The notes beneath the pieces are model-generated. The model was not told the DNA's origin and ran no database searches. It saw only the letters and a program-made list of their open reading frames with translations. The position numbers were made by a program, and so were the translations under genes. From Bdellovibrionales bacterium (GTDB lineage: Bacteria; Bdellovibrionota; Bdellovibrionia; Bdellovibrionales; UBA1609), in assembly GCA_965261545.1 (NCBI GenBank), contig CBDHDF010000010.1, positions 704,001-768,000 of the forward strand: 64,000 nucleotides of DNA. Direction: 5' to 3'. Below are positions 19,462 through 28,065 of this stretch, one piece after another (position 1 is the stretch's first letter; each line of letters starts with the position of its first letter).

Positions 19462-20883
19462 TTATTTCCACAGATTTTTCCACCATGGGTCTTTGGATGT
19501 GGGAGTGTGTGATCCAGGAGATGAAGAAGAATTCATATTTTTTCTAATCTCTTGGATATTCCACCCTGTCAGTCGAGCCAATACTTGAGCTTCTTTTTCT
19601 TGACGCTGGGGGAGATTTGCAAAATACTTCTTGGCCGCCTGACATTGTGAGGGTGATCCCTTCCAAGGATGTCGTAAAATATAACGACCCTGGAAGTTTC
19701 TCGTGTCACGTGTTTCGTGAAACATCAAGTCTGCGGGAAAGGTCTTGTCCGTGTAACGAAGGTGAAGACGAGTGACCTTAACAGGTTGTGCCCCTCCTTT
19801 TGAGCGAGAAAAAGTCCTCCCTTGGGGCGAGAAAGAAGAACGGTTGGAGGGACGATTTTTTCCTCCTTGATTTTGATTCAACCAGAAAACACCCAAGCCT
19901 TTTAACTCTTGTTGAGTCAAAGGATCTGCGGCACAGGGATCACACCAACCCATATCCCAATAGTACTCCATAAAAACAGTTTTCATCTGTTCTCTTGCCA
20001 CCTGTGTTTTAAAAATATCTTTGTAGAAGTCAGAAAATTTGTCTTTAACATAGATAGGTATCTCCACATCTGTGGGTATCTTGGTCGTAACATAGTTTGT
20101 GGTTTCCACACGGCCATTTTTGGTCAACACATAGACAAATAAATCCTGGGGGCCTTTGGAGTTTAACATTCCCAGTCGAATGGGGAGCATAAATTTTTCT
20201 GAGGAAAAAGCAAATTGAAGGGGCCTTAGATATGTGAGGCCCGCTCTCGCTTGTTGCTCCAAATTGACTTTGGCCACAAAGAATTTCATTTTTTGTTTGA
20301 TGTAGGGTTGAAGGGCCCTATGAGCCCCCTTGGGGATGTTATACTTGTTCAGTTTAAGCCATGTCTCCAAACCATGGGATTCTTTGGCTGAGAGAACAAC
20401 AATATCGTACTCCCCCACAGTGAATTTCTCTTCCACGGTGACTCCAAGAGATTTCTTTTTGGGGGGAGCCCCTCTTAAGCTTAAGGACTTGTTGAGGTTT
20501 CTGTTGCTCTCCATGGCGTCGTATACTATATTTGGCCGACAGGGGTCCTCATCAAAGTATTCAACAAGCCTTGGTGCCGTGAAGGAGTCAATTCTTTCAA
20601 AAAGTTTCTTATCCCCCACATGCACCTGTTCTTTCTTGAGAATCGAAGGAAGGGGAACCACAAGAGCAAAATTTTTCAAAGACCCCTCATAGTCATTCAT
20701 CATACTGATAACTGTTTTATTCTCATGCCTCACCAGAACAACTTGAGAGGCTTTGTTAAAAAGCTTTGCATTGCCCTTGGCCACATAAAAGCCGCAAAAC
20801 CCATGAGCTTGATAAAAGGGTAAAAATAAACATAGAGTGATAACATACAAAAAAACATACTGAGCTTTCATTTTTTTCTCCAT
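19462..20883 (-). CDS. DUF2330-family secreted protein
   Basis: Signal peptide then FCGFYVA, TAPRLVEYFDEDPC, VGEYDIVVLSA, FMLPIRLG, WCDPCAADP, TRLHLRY. Confidence 0.8.
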   Translation of the reverse strand: MEKKMKAQYVFLYVITLCLFLPFYQAHGFCGFYVAKGNAKLFNKASQVVLVRHENKTVISMMNDYEGSLKNFALVVPLPSILKKEQVHVGDKKLFERIDSFTAPRLVEYFDEDPCRPNIVYDAMESNRNLNKSLSLRGAPPKKKSLGVTVEEKFTVGEYDIVVLSAKESHGLETWLKLNKYNIPKGAHRALQPYIKQKMKFFVAKVNLEQQARAGLTYLRPLQFAFSSEKFMLPIRLGMLNSKGPQDLFVYVLTKNGRVETTNYVTTKIPTDVEIPIYVKDKFSDFYKDIFKTQVAREQMKTVFMEYYWDMGWCDPCAADPLTQQELKGLGVFWLNQNQGGKNRPSNRSSFSPQGRTFSRSKGGAQPVKVTRLHLRYTDKTFPADLMFHETRDTRNFQGRYILRHPWKGSPSQCQAAKKYFANLPQRQEKEAQVLARLTGWNIQEIRKNMNSSSSPGSHTPTSKDPWWKNLWK

Positions 20884-21118
20884 AACATACTTGCTAAAAC
20901 ATCCATCTTTATTATTTTAACTTCATCAAATTAAGGTGGTCTGCACTCGATGTCACGACAAGTTCTAATAACCTCCACCATTATCATCTTAAATCTATTC
21001 TAACGTCTTGTTAGAAAGACTAAGTTGTTAGTCAAACCCGACAAAATGCCATCTCACTATAATCTAATACAATACAAATACTTTCTTATAAGTTCTCACT
21101 TAGAGTTTGAGGCGAAGA

Positions 21119-21151
21119 GTGACTGGGCCATGGAAATCATGGCCCAGTCAC
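21119..21151. other. Perfect 14-bp GC-rich hairpin upstream of pstS
   Basis: GTGACTGGGCCATG-GAAAT-CATGGCCCAGTCAC. Confidence 0.8.
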
Positions 21152-21179
21152 GAAAATCACGAGAGTCGATTGGAGCGAT

Positions 21180-22214
21180 ATGTCAACCGGTTTGTTAAGC
21201 CACTCAAAACCTTCATCAAAGCATTTTAGTTATTCATTACGCTATTTACTGAGTCACTCAAGTCATTTCATTTCTAAGCGTCCTTACCTTTTTATGCTGC
21301 TTAGGCTAGCCGTGGCCTTCAACTTATGCCTATGGACCACTTCCTGCGGTGGTAAAAAGAGACTGAAAAACGATATCCGAATTGACGGATCAAGCACAGT
21401 TTTACCCATTACCTCCGCCATTGCTGAAGAATACGGAAAGGTGGAGCCTAGGGTTCGCATCCTTGTTGGTAAATCTGGCACAGGGGGGGGCTTTAAGAAA
21501 TTCCTAGCCAAAGAAACGGACATCAATAACGCTTCGAGGAAAATAAAGTCCCAAGAGGTGAATTTGGCCCAAGCCCGAGGCTTCCAATATATTGAACTTC
21601 CTGTTGCCTACGACGGGATCACGATCATCATTCACCCAAGCAATGATTGGGCCCAATGGATCACTCCCATGGAATTAAAGAAGATATGGGAATCAGGAAG
21701 TCAGGTGAAGCTATGGAGCCAGATTCGCAAAGAGTGGCCCCAAAAGGCAATTAAACTCTTTGGTCCAGGAACTGATTCGGGAACTTTTGACTACTTTACC
21801 AAGGTCATCAACCATAAAGAGCACTCTTCACGCAAGAACTACACTATGAGCGAAGACGACAATGTCCTTGTCACAGGAGTTGCTGGAAATAAGTACGCTA
21901 TGGGCTATTTAGGTTTTGCCTATTACTCTGAAAACAAAGATAAATTAAAAGCTCTACCTGTGGGTAAAGACAAAAAATCTGCCATAATCCCCTCCATGAA
22001 AAACATCAATAGTGGCTCCTACAAACCCTTGTCTCGCGAAGTCTTTATCTATATTCACAAAAATGCGGCTCAACGCCCTGAAATCAAGTCTTTCATCAGC
22101 TTTTACCTGAGCCAAGCCTCAAATATTGTCAATGAAGTGGGCTATGTACCACTCACCCAAGCTGAATACAAACAAGCTCTTTCAAACTTCTCCCGATTTG
22201 TGGCGCACCAATAA
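21180..22214 (+). CDS. pstS: Phosphate ABC transporter substrate-binding protein (true start probably downstream)
   Basis: IDGSSTV, SGTGGGFKKF, PGTDSGTFDYF, SEDDNVLV, YKPLSR; lipobox-like TSC. Confidence 0.92.
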   Translation: MSTGLLSHSKPSSKHFSYSLRYLLSHSSHFISKRPYLFMLLRLAVAFNLCLWTTSCGGKKRLKNDIRIDGSSTVLPITSAIAEEYGKVEPRVRILVGKSGTGGGFKKFLAKETDINNASRKIKSQEVNLAQARGFQYIELPVAYDGITIIIHPSNDWAQWITPMELKKIWESGSQVKLWSQIRKEWPQKAIKLFGPGTDSGTFDYFTKVINHKEHSSRKNYTMSEDDNVLVTGVAGNKYAMGYLGFAYYSENKDKLKALPVGKDKKSAIIPSMKNINSGSYKPLSREVFIYIHKNAAQRPEIKSFISFYLSQASNIVNEVGYVPLTQAEYKQALSNFSRFVAHQ

Positions 22215-22272
22215 CTCAATCCAATCTAACAAATACACAAATACGAAGAACAAAGAACTTGGACCTACAAAT

Positions 22273-23193
22273 TTGAAAATCACTCAAAAACAAGAAACGA
22301 AATTTCCTCTTAAGAATTTACTTATTGAGAGAAGCGTTTTCGCCTTCCTTTTGCTCTGTCTCCTTACCACTCTTATAACCACAGGAACAGTTATCGCCAT
22401 TCTTGGCAAAGAATCCTTTGATTTCTTTTCCCAAGTCCCTTTGTTCGACTTTCTCTTTGGAACTCAATGGGGCCCTCTCGTTGAACCAAAATCTTTTGGA
22501 GTGCTTCCCCTCGTTGTAGGGACAGCATGGATTGCGGGGGGCTCCATTCTCGTTGCACTTCCCATAGGGCTTTTGGTGGCTATTTATTTAAGCGAGTACG
22601 CAAGTGCCAAAGGCAGGGGCATCATTCAACCTGTCTTAGAGATCCTTGCGGGCATACCCACCATTGTCTATGGATTTTTTGCCTTGGCTTTTGTCACTCC
22701 CCTCCTTCAAAAAATCTACCCTGAGACCCAAATCTTCAATGCGGCCTCAGGAGCTATTGTAGTTGGCATTATGATTCTTCCCATGATCTCATCCCTTTGC
22801 CATCAAGCTCTACGAGCCCTACCCCATGAAATAAGAGAGGCAGCCTACGCCCTTGGTGGATTCCGCTACGAGGTCATACTCTATGTTTTGCTCCCCGCAG
22901 CAGGAGGCCGAGTCGCAGCAGCCACTCTCCTTGCTATTTCAAGGGCTATTGGTGAAACCATGGCTGTCACCCTCGCCGCAGGAGCCACGCCCACAATGCT
23001 CGCCTATCCCACAGAAAGTATCCAAACAATGACGGCCTATATTGTCCAAGTGAGTCTCGGAGATACCCCTGCCGGAGGCGTGGAATACCTCACTTGCTTT
23101 GCCGTGGGGGCCCTTTTGTTTGTCATGACGTTAACTCTCAATATTATTGGAAACCACCTTATTATTTCCATGGATAAGAAACACTTGATATAA
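22273..23193 (+). CDS. pstC: Phosphate ABC transporter permease PstC (start uncertain)
   Basis: FGVLPLVVGT, LEILAGIPTIVYG, SRAIGETMAV. Confidence 0.9.
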   Translation: MKITQKQETKFPLKNLLIERSVFAFLLLCLLTTLITTGTVIAILGKESFDFFSQVPLFDFLFGTQWGPLVEPKSFGVLPLVVGTAWIAGGSILVALPIGLLVAIYLSEYASAKGRGIIQPVLEILAGIPTIVYGFFALAFVTPLLQKIYPETQIFNAASGAIVVGIMILPMISSLCHQALRALPHEIREAAYALGGFRYEVILYVLLPAAGGRVAAATLLAISRAIGETMAVTLAAGATPTMLAYPTESIQTMTAYIVQVSLGDTPAGGVEYLTCFAVGALLFVMTLTLNIIGNHLIISMDKKHLI

Positions 23194-23254
23194 AGGATAC
23201 AAGAACGATGGGTATAAAGGGTATAAAGAGTGTAAAGGGTGTAAAGAGGTTTCC

Positions 23255-24094
23255 ATGACGAGAACTCAAAAAGACAAAGTTTTTTTTGCGCTCTGCTGGC
23301 TCATGACCACCTTGGCTGTTGTCACCTTGCTTCTCTTATTGGGAAGCATTTTCGTAGATGGGTGGAGGTCTCTCTCACCCGATTTTTTGTCTCAATTTCC
23401 TTCGAGAAAGCCCTCCCAAGCGGGACTTAAGTCCGCCCTTTGGGGAAGTATATGGGTGATTTCCCTCACAGGTTTTTTTGCCATCCCTGTGGGCATTGCC
23501 ACAGCTCTATGCCTTGAGGAGTACTTGCCCAAGAATAAGTGGACTCAATTTTTACAAATTAATATTTCCAACCTTGCAGGCATGCCCTCTATCATTTATG
23601 GCCTCTTGGGTCTGGCTATTTTTGTTCGGTTCTTGGGCCTCGATCGAAGTATTGTTGCAGGGTCCCTCACTCTCGCTCTTCTCATTCTCCCGGTCATTAT
23701 TGTCGCCTCTCAGGAAGCCATACGAACCATTCCCCACTCTCTCAAAGAAGCCGCCCATGCCCTTGGCACCTATAAGTGGCAAGTGACATGGGGGCATATC
23801 TTGCCTGCCGCCCTTCCTGGTATTATGACAGGAATCATCTTAGCTCTCTCCCGTGCCATTGGAGAAACGGCCCCCCTGATTGTTGTCGGTGCTTTTAGTT
23901 ATGTGGCCTTTGTGCCCCAATCTATCATGGACCCCTTCACGACCTTACCTATTCAGATTTACAACTGGGCGGGCAGACCCCAAGAGGCTTTTCACAACCT
24001 CGCCGCAGGAGGCATCATCGTTCTTTTGGGCCTATTGCTAAGCATGAATTTTATCGCTATTACCATCCGCAATAAGTTCCAAACCTACAAATAA
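23255..24094 (+). CDS. pstA: Phosphate ABC transporter permease PstA
   Basis: NISNLAGMPSIIYGLLG, SRAIGETAPL, LPIQIYNW. Confidence 0.92.
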   Translation: MTRTQKDKVFFALCWLMTTLAVVTLLLLLGSIFVDGWRSLSPDFLSQFPSRKPSQAGLKSALWGSIWVISLTGFFAIPVGIATALCLEEYLPKNKWTQFLQINISNLAGMPSIIYGLLGLAIFVRFLGLDRSIVAGSLTLALLILPVIIVASQEAIRTIPHSLKEAAHALGTYKWQVTWGHILPAALPGIMTGIILALSRAIGETAPLIVVGAFSYVAFVPQSIMDPFTTLPIQIYNWAGRPQEAFHNLAAGGIIVLLGLLLSMNFIAITIRNKFQTYK

Positions 24095-24107
24095 TCAAAT
24101 CAGATGC

Positions 24108-24473
24108 TTATTCGCATTTAAGGTTATGGTAAATGTTAAATAGGCTGCCTGTTATTTTGACATAAAGCCCCTTGTCCCCACATTGACTGCGCCAAAAACG
24201 GTACGTGTTCACAACAGTGTCCACTCTCATATAGGCTCCATGACAACTTCTAAACCCACCGGAATTGGCTTTTTTCCACCGACTAGATCCTTTGCCATCT
24301 TTAGTATAACACTTTGTTGAAAGGCCAAATCCTGCCCGATTGTCAATGCGTATATAACCCCATTCGTTCGTATTGGGTTCTTCATGCTCTATGGACATTC
24401 CAAGAGCCATCGACGAAAATAAGGCCCAGCTTATAAAAATGGTAACAAATCGAAATCCAACAAATGTCTTCAT
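24108..24473 (-). CDS. Small secreted Cys-containing hypothetical protein (paralog of 33670-34146)
   Basis: Signal peptide, AAGGAG RBS, 4 Cys, shared KCY..G...RW...C..AYMRV motifs. Confidence 0.7.
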   Translation of the reverse strand: MKTFVGFRFVTIFISWALFSSMALGMSIEHEEPNTNEWGYIRIDNRAGFGLSTKCYTKDGKGSSRWKKANSGGFRSCHGAYMRVDTVVNTYRFWRSQCGDKGLYVKITGSLFNIYHNLKCE

Positions 24474-24486
24474 ATTTTTTCTCCTT

Positions 24487-24532
24487 ACAATTGTATCCTC
24501 AATCTAACAATTGTATCCTCAATCTAACAATT
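24487..24532. repeat. 20-bp tandem duplication
   Basis: ACAATTGTATCCTCAATCTA x2.3. Confidence 0.9.
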
Positions 24533-24638
24533 TTTTCCATATGATAGAAGCATTTCAATATTTAATATAGAAAATCCAGACTCACTCAAAGTTTGAATGA
24601 ATGGCAACGAAGTTGTGAATTAAAAACCAAGACCTCCT

Positions 24639-27173
24639 TTAAAAGCTATAACTCAAACCAACACTATAAGTGCGCCCTTGGCGAAACCTTCTCGTCACCT
24701 TCTGCCCCTGAGTTCTTTGTACTTCAGGATTGAGTATATTTTTGACCTTGCCCTTCACCTTAATCTTAGTATTGGTGTTGGTGTTGCGATGAATGTTGCC
24801 AGAGAAAACAAAATCCATGGAAGAAATAGACTCTTGATACTCGTCAGGTCTTCCACCTGAACCCACACTGGTGATCCGACGACCCATGGAATTATACAGC
24901 AAAGTCCATGTGGTCTTCCACTCCAATAATTGAGCCTCACAGTCCACTTGCAAATTCACAATATAGGGGGACTGCCCTTGAAAGGGACGATTGAAAGTTG
25001 TCAACTGCCCTCTCCTTGTGGGCGAAATAGACATATTCGATTGAATCCAAGTATAATTCCCACCCACCGTCCAATGGTAGGGAAGTTTTTTTCTAAACTC
25101 AAGCTCCACACCCTCTGAGGCAGCCGTTCCTACATTGAGAAAGGTATATTGAGTGTCTGTGGTTTCCACAATGGTCCCATCTTCTTTGAGAGCACCAAAA
25201 ACCTCTTCGATGGGATTTATAAAGTTCTTCCTAAAATACCCCACAGATAAAATTTCTTCACGACGGGGAAACCACTCTAAACGCACACCGTAGTTTTTTA
25301 TTTCTGCTGGCTGAATATAGGGGTTACCTTGAAACTTAGCCCCCTTATCTAGGTCATACCAAGTTGTGTTGGAAATCTCCCTCAACTCTGGCCTTGAAAT
25401 GGTTTCACTGTAATTGGATCTCAGTTGTAACTGATCCCAAATATTCCATGTCATAGAAAGAACTGGAAAATAATCCTTTGTCTTCATCCTAGAAATGGTT
25501 TTTCCAGGGTTAAAAAGACGAAATGAGTTCACCTCCTGAACAGAATTCTCAAACCTTAAGCCCATCCCCCACACCCAAGAACCCAAGGACACCCTCAAAT
25601 TGCTAAAATAACTATCAAGAGTCTGGTGAGCTAAGTAGTTAGATGTGTTATTGGATTGCTGATAAAGCTCTGCTGAAGAGTCGGAAAAAATGGCGTTAGG
25701 CTTTTTTGTGGCCTCTAAATTTTCACCAAACTGAAAGTAAAAAATTCTTGATGAAAACTGTCGATATTTTTTCATGCGACTCCAACCCGAAATGAGTTTA
25801 GCCCCTATGGTTCTCGTAGCTTCCCCCGTTCCTATAGAACTCGTATAGAGAGGCTGCTCATAGGTCCATCCCCAAACCTTCATTTTATCAGGCATATAGC
25901 GCCAACTAACATTGTTTGAAGCAGAACCATTTTCAGTTTCCAGTTGAGACTCACCATCTATTTCCTTATAGGTATACATTTTATTATCCGGTTCATCCAA
26001 AAGAGCCTGGGAATAAGTGTAGTTATAATGAAGTTTTCCATGATTCATGGACTTCAATGTACTAACACCACGAAATTGATGGGCGCGAAGGGATCGTTCC
26101 CTCCAACCATGCTCCACCTTCTGATAAGCTTCACCCTCGGAATTCACTCCCAGAGACTCTTTCACAAAATTCGAAGTCTTACCCAACAAAGACCCACTAT
26201 AACCAAAATTGTGCTTCTTGTACTTAAGGCCCCATCCAAAAAGTCCTCCCCATTGAATCTTATTCTGACTCAAATGGACTGTGGACCGAGAGTCCTCCAC
26301 AAGCTCATCACTTTCTCGGTTGTAGCCAATGCGCTCTTTGGCATTAAAATCCCATTTGTTGGAATAAAGCACAGCTAAATTGTAGCCCCCAAGAACTTTG
26401 CCCCACTTCCACCTGTCTCCTATCCCCAAGCCCAAACCAAGGTTCTCCCTAGGTTGAGCCTTTTCAATGTCATAGGATTTATTGATTTCTTTGGCTAAGC
26501 CTTGCCTCTCTTGGGTGGGCAGACTAGAAATATTCACATGGGATTCCACATGGTGTCGGATAGGAGATGGTAGGCGTCGCCGCCGTCCACTGCGCCCCAG
26601 AAAGTCTCTCTTGCTCCCTCTATAAGTTTTCACAATCCTTTTCCCTCTGTCTCCCCCCCCTCCATCTAGCCGACCCAGAGAAAGGGAAAATTTCGTATAA
26701 GCCTTGGAGGGCAGATTTTTTGTCTTTATCAAGATTGTTCCCCCTCCAAACTCCCCCGGCATTTCAGGGGAATACCCCTTTTGCACCACTATATTTTCAA
26801 TGACACTAGCGGGAAATAAATCAAGTGGAATCACCCGACGAGAGGGATCCGGTGATGGCAAGTCCACGGAATTGAGAAGAGTTTTGGAATACCTCTCACC
26901 TAAACCACGAACATAAATATACTTTCCACCCACGAGACTAAGCCCTGTCACCCTTCGGAGGGAACTCCCCGCATGGGAATCACCCGACTTACCCATTTGC
27001 TCAGAACCAATGACATCGGCCACAGTTTGGTACCCTCGCCGCATTTTCAATAGTGCACTCACAGAACTTTCTTGAACTTGAGCCTCAGCCTGAGCCATGG
27101 GTAAGAAAGTCACAAAAATCACGAACCAAGGAGACCGCATGACCCCATGCTGCCACCTTAATATTGGTTTCAT
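24639..27173 (-). CDS. TonB-dependent outer membrane receptor
   Basis: Plug motifs LRRVTGLS, VRGLGERY, PLDLFP, EFGGG; TISRPELRE, GNP; C-terminal YSVGLSYSF. Confidence 0.92.
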   Translation of the reverse strand: MKPILRWQHGVMRSPWFVIFVTFLPMAQAEAQVQESSVSALLKMRRGYQTVADVIGSEQMGKSGDSHAGSSLRRVTGLSLVGGKYIYVRGLGERYSKTLLNSVDLPSPDPSRRVIPLDLFPASVIENIVVQKGYSPEMPGEFGGGTILIKTKNLPSKAYTKFSLSLGRLDGGGGDRGKRIVKTYRGSKRDFLGRSGRRRRLPSPIRHHVESHVNISSLPTQERQGLAKEINKSYDIEKAQPRENLGLGLGIGDRWKWGKVLGGYNLAVLYSNKWDFNAKERIGYNRESDELVEDSRSTVHLSQNKIQWGGLFGWGLKYKKHNFGYSGSLLGKTSNFVKESLGVNSEGEAYQKVEHGWRERSLRAHQFRGVSTLKSMNHGKLHYNYTYSQALLDEPDNKMYTYKEIDGESQLETENGSASNNVSWRYMPDKMKVWGWTYEQPLYTSSIGTGEATRTIGAKLISGWSRMKKYRQFSSRIFYFQFGENLEATKKPNAIFSDSSAELYQQSNNTSNYLAHQTLDSYFSNLRVSLGSWVWGMGLRFENSVQEVNSFRLFNPGKTISRMKTKDYFPVLSMTWNIWDQLQLRSNYSETISRPELREISNTTWYDLDKGAKFQGNPYIQPAEIKNYGVRLEWFPRREEILSVGYFRKNFINPIEEVFGALKEDGTIVETTDTQYTFLNVGTAASEGVELEFRKKLPYHWTVGGNYTWIQSNMSISPTRRGQLTTFNRPFQGQSPYIVNLQVDCEAQLLEWKTTWTLLYNSMGRRITSVGSGGRPDEYQESISSMDFVFSGNIHRNTNTNTKIKVKGKVKNILNPEVQRTQGQKVTRRFRQGRTYSVGLSYSF

Positions 27174-27329
27174 GTTACGTTCATATTGACTTCATGTTAG
27201 CTTAATATTGATTTTTGCTTGCCCCTACTCATGGAGAGCGCTCTTTAGTATTTCAGTATTTCTCTGAATGCTGGGCCGCGCAAAGGTTCATTGCAAAACT
27301 GCTTAAATGCTTAGACGGAGGTATTTCCA

Positions 27330-28037
27330 ATGGGAAAGTCATGGAAAAATCCACTTAAAATAGCAACAGCCCAAAAAAAAGGACAAATCTTCACAAAATT
27401 TGCGAGGGAAATATCCGTCTCCGCTCGCATAGGGGGGCCGGATCCCAGCAGCAATGCCCGCTTAAAGTTAGCCATTCAGGCAGCACGGGCTCTCTCATGT
27501 CCCAAAGACACCATTGAGCGAGCCATTAAAAAAGGATCAGGCCAACTTGAAGGTAGTCATATTGAAGAAATCACCTATGAAGGTTATGGCCCCCAGCAAG
27601 TCGGCGTCATTGTTGAGTGCCAAACAGATAATAAGAATCGCTCGGTATCGACTCTGAGAAGCATTTTTAAGAAAAATGATGGAAGTCTTGGAAATTCAGG
27701 TAGCGTGAGCTGGATGTTCCATCGAATGTGCCTCGTCGAAGGTAAAAATGACAATATTCAAGACCCCGAAGAAGAAGCCATTGAGGCCGGAGCCAGTGAT
27801 GTGGAGACCAAGAATGACATAGACCACACCTATAGCTTTTATGGAGCCCCCACGGACCTGGACACCATTAGAAATACCTTGATGGAAAGAGGTTGGAGTA
27901 TCACTGTGGCAGAACTTTCCTATCGACCCAAAAATTTTACAGAAGTCGACGATGAAAAAAAAACTCAAGTTTATAACTTTTTGGAAGCCTTAGAAGACAA
28001 CGAAGACTCCCATAAAATTTACGCCACCATAGAATAA
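27330..28037 (+). CDS. yebC: YebC/PmpR family protein
   Basis: GGPDPSSNARL, IERAIKKG, TYEGYGP, TDNKNR, GSVSWMF. Confidence 0.92.
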   Translation: MGKSWKNPLKIATAQKKGQIFTKFAREISVSARIGGPDPSSNARLKLAIQAARALSCPKDTIERAIKKGSGQLEGSHIEEITYEGYGPQQVGVIVECQTDNKNRSVSTLRSIFKKNDGSLGNSGSVSWMFHRMCLVEGKNDNIQDPEEEAIEAGASDVETKNDIDHTYSFYGAPTDLDTIRNTLMERGWSITVAELSYRPKNFTEVDDEKKTQVYNFLEALEDNEDSHKIYATIE

Positions 28038-28065
28038 CCCAGTTTTGGGTTTTTCAATACTAATA

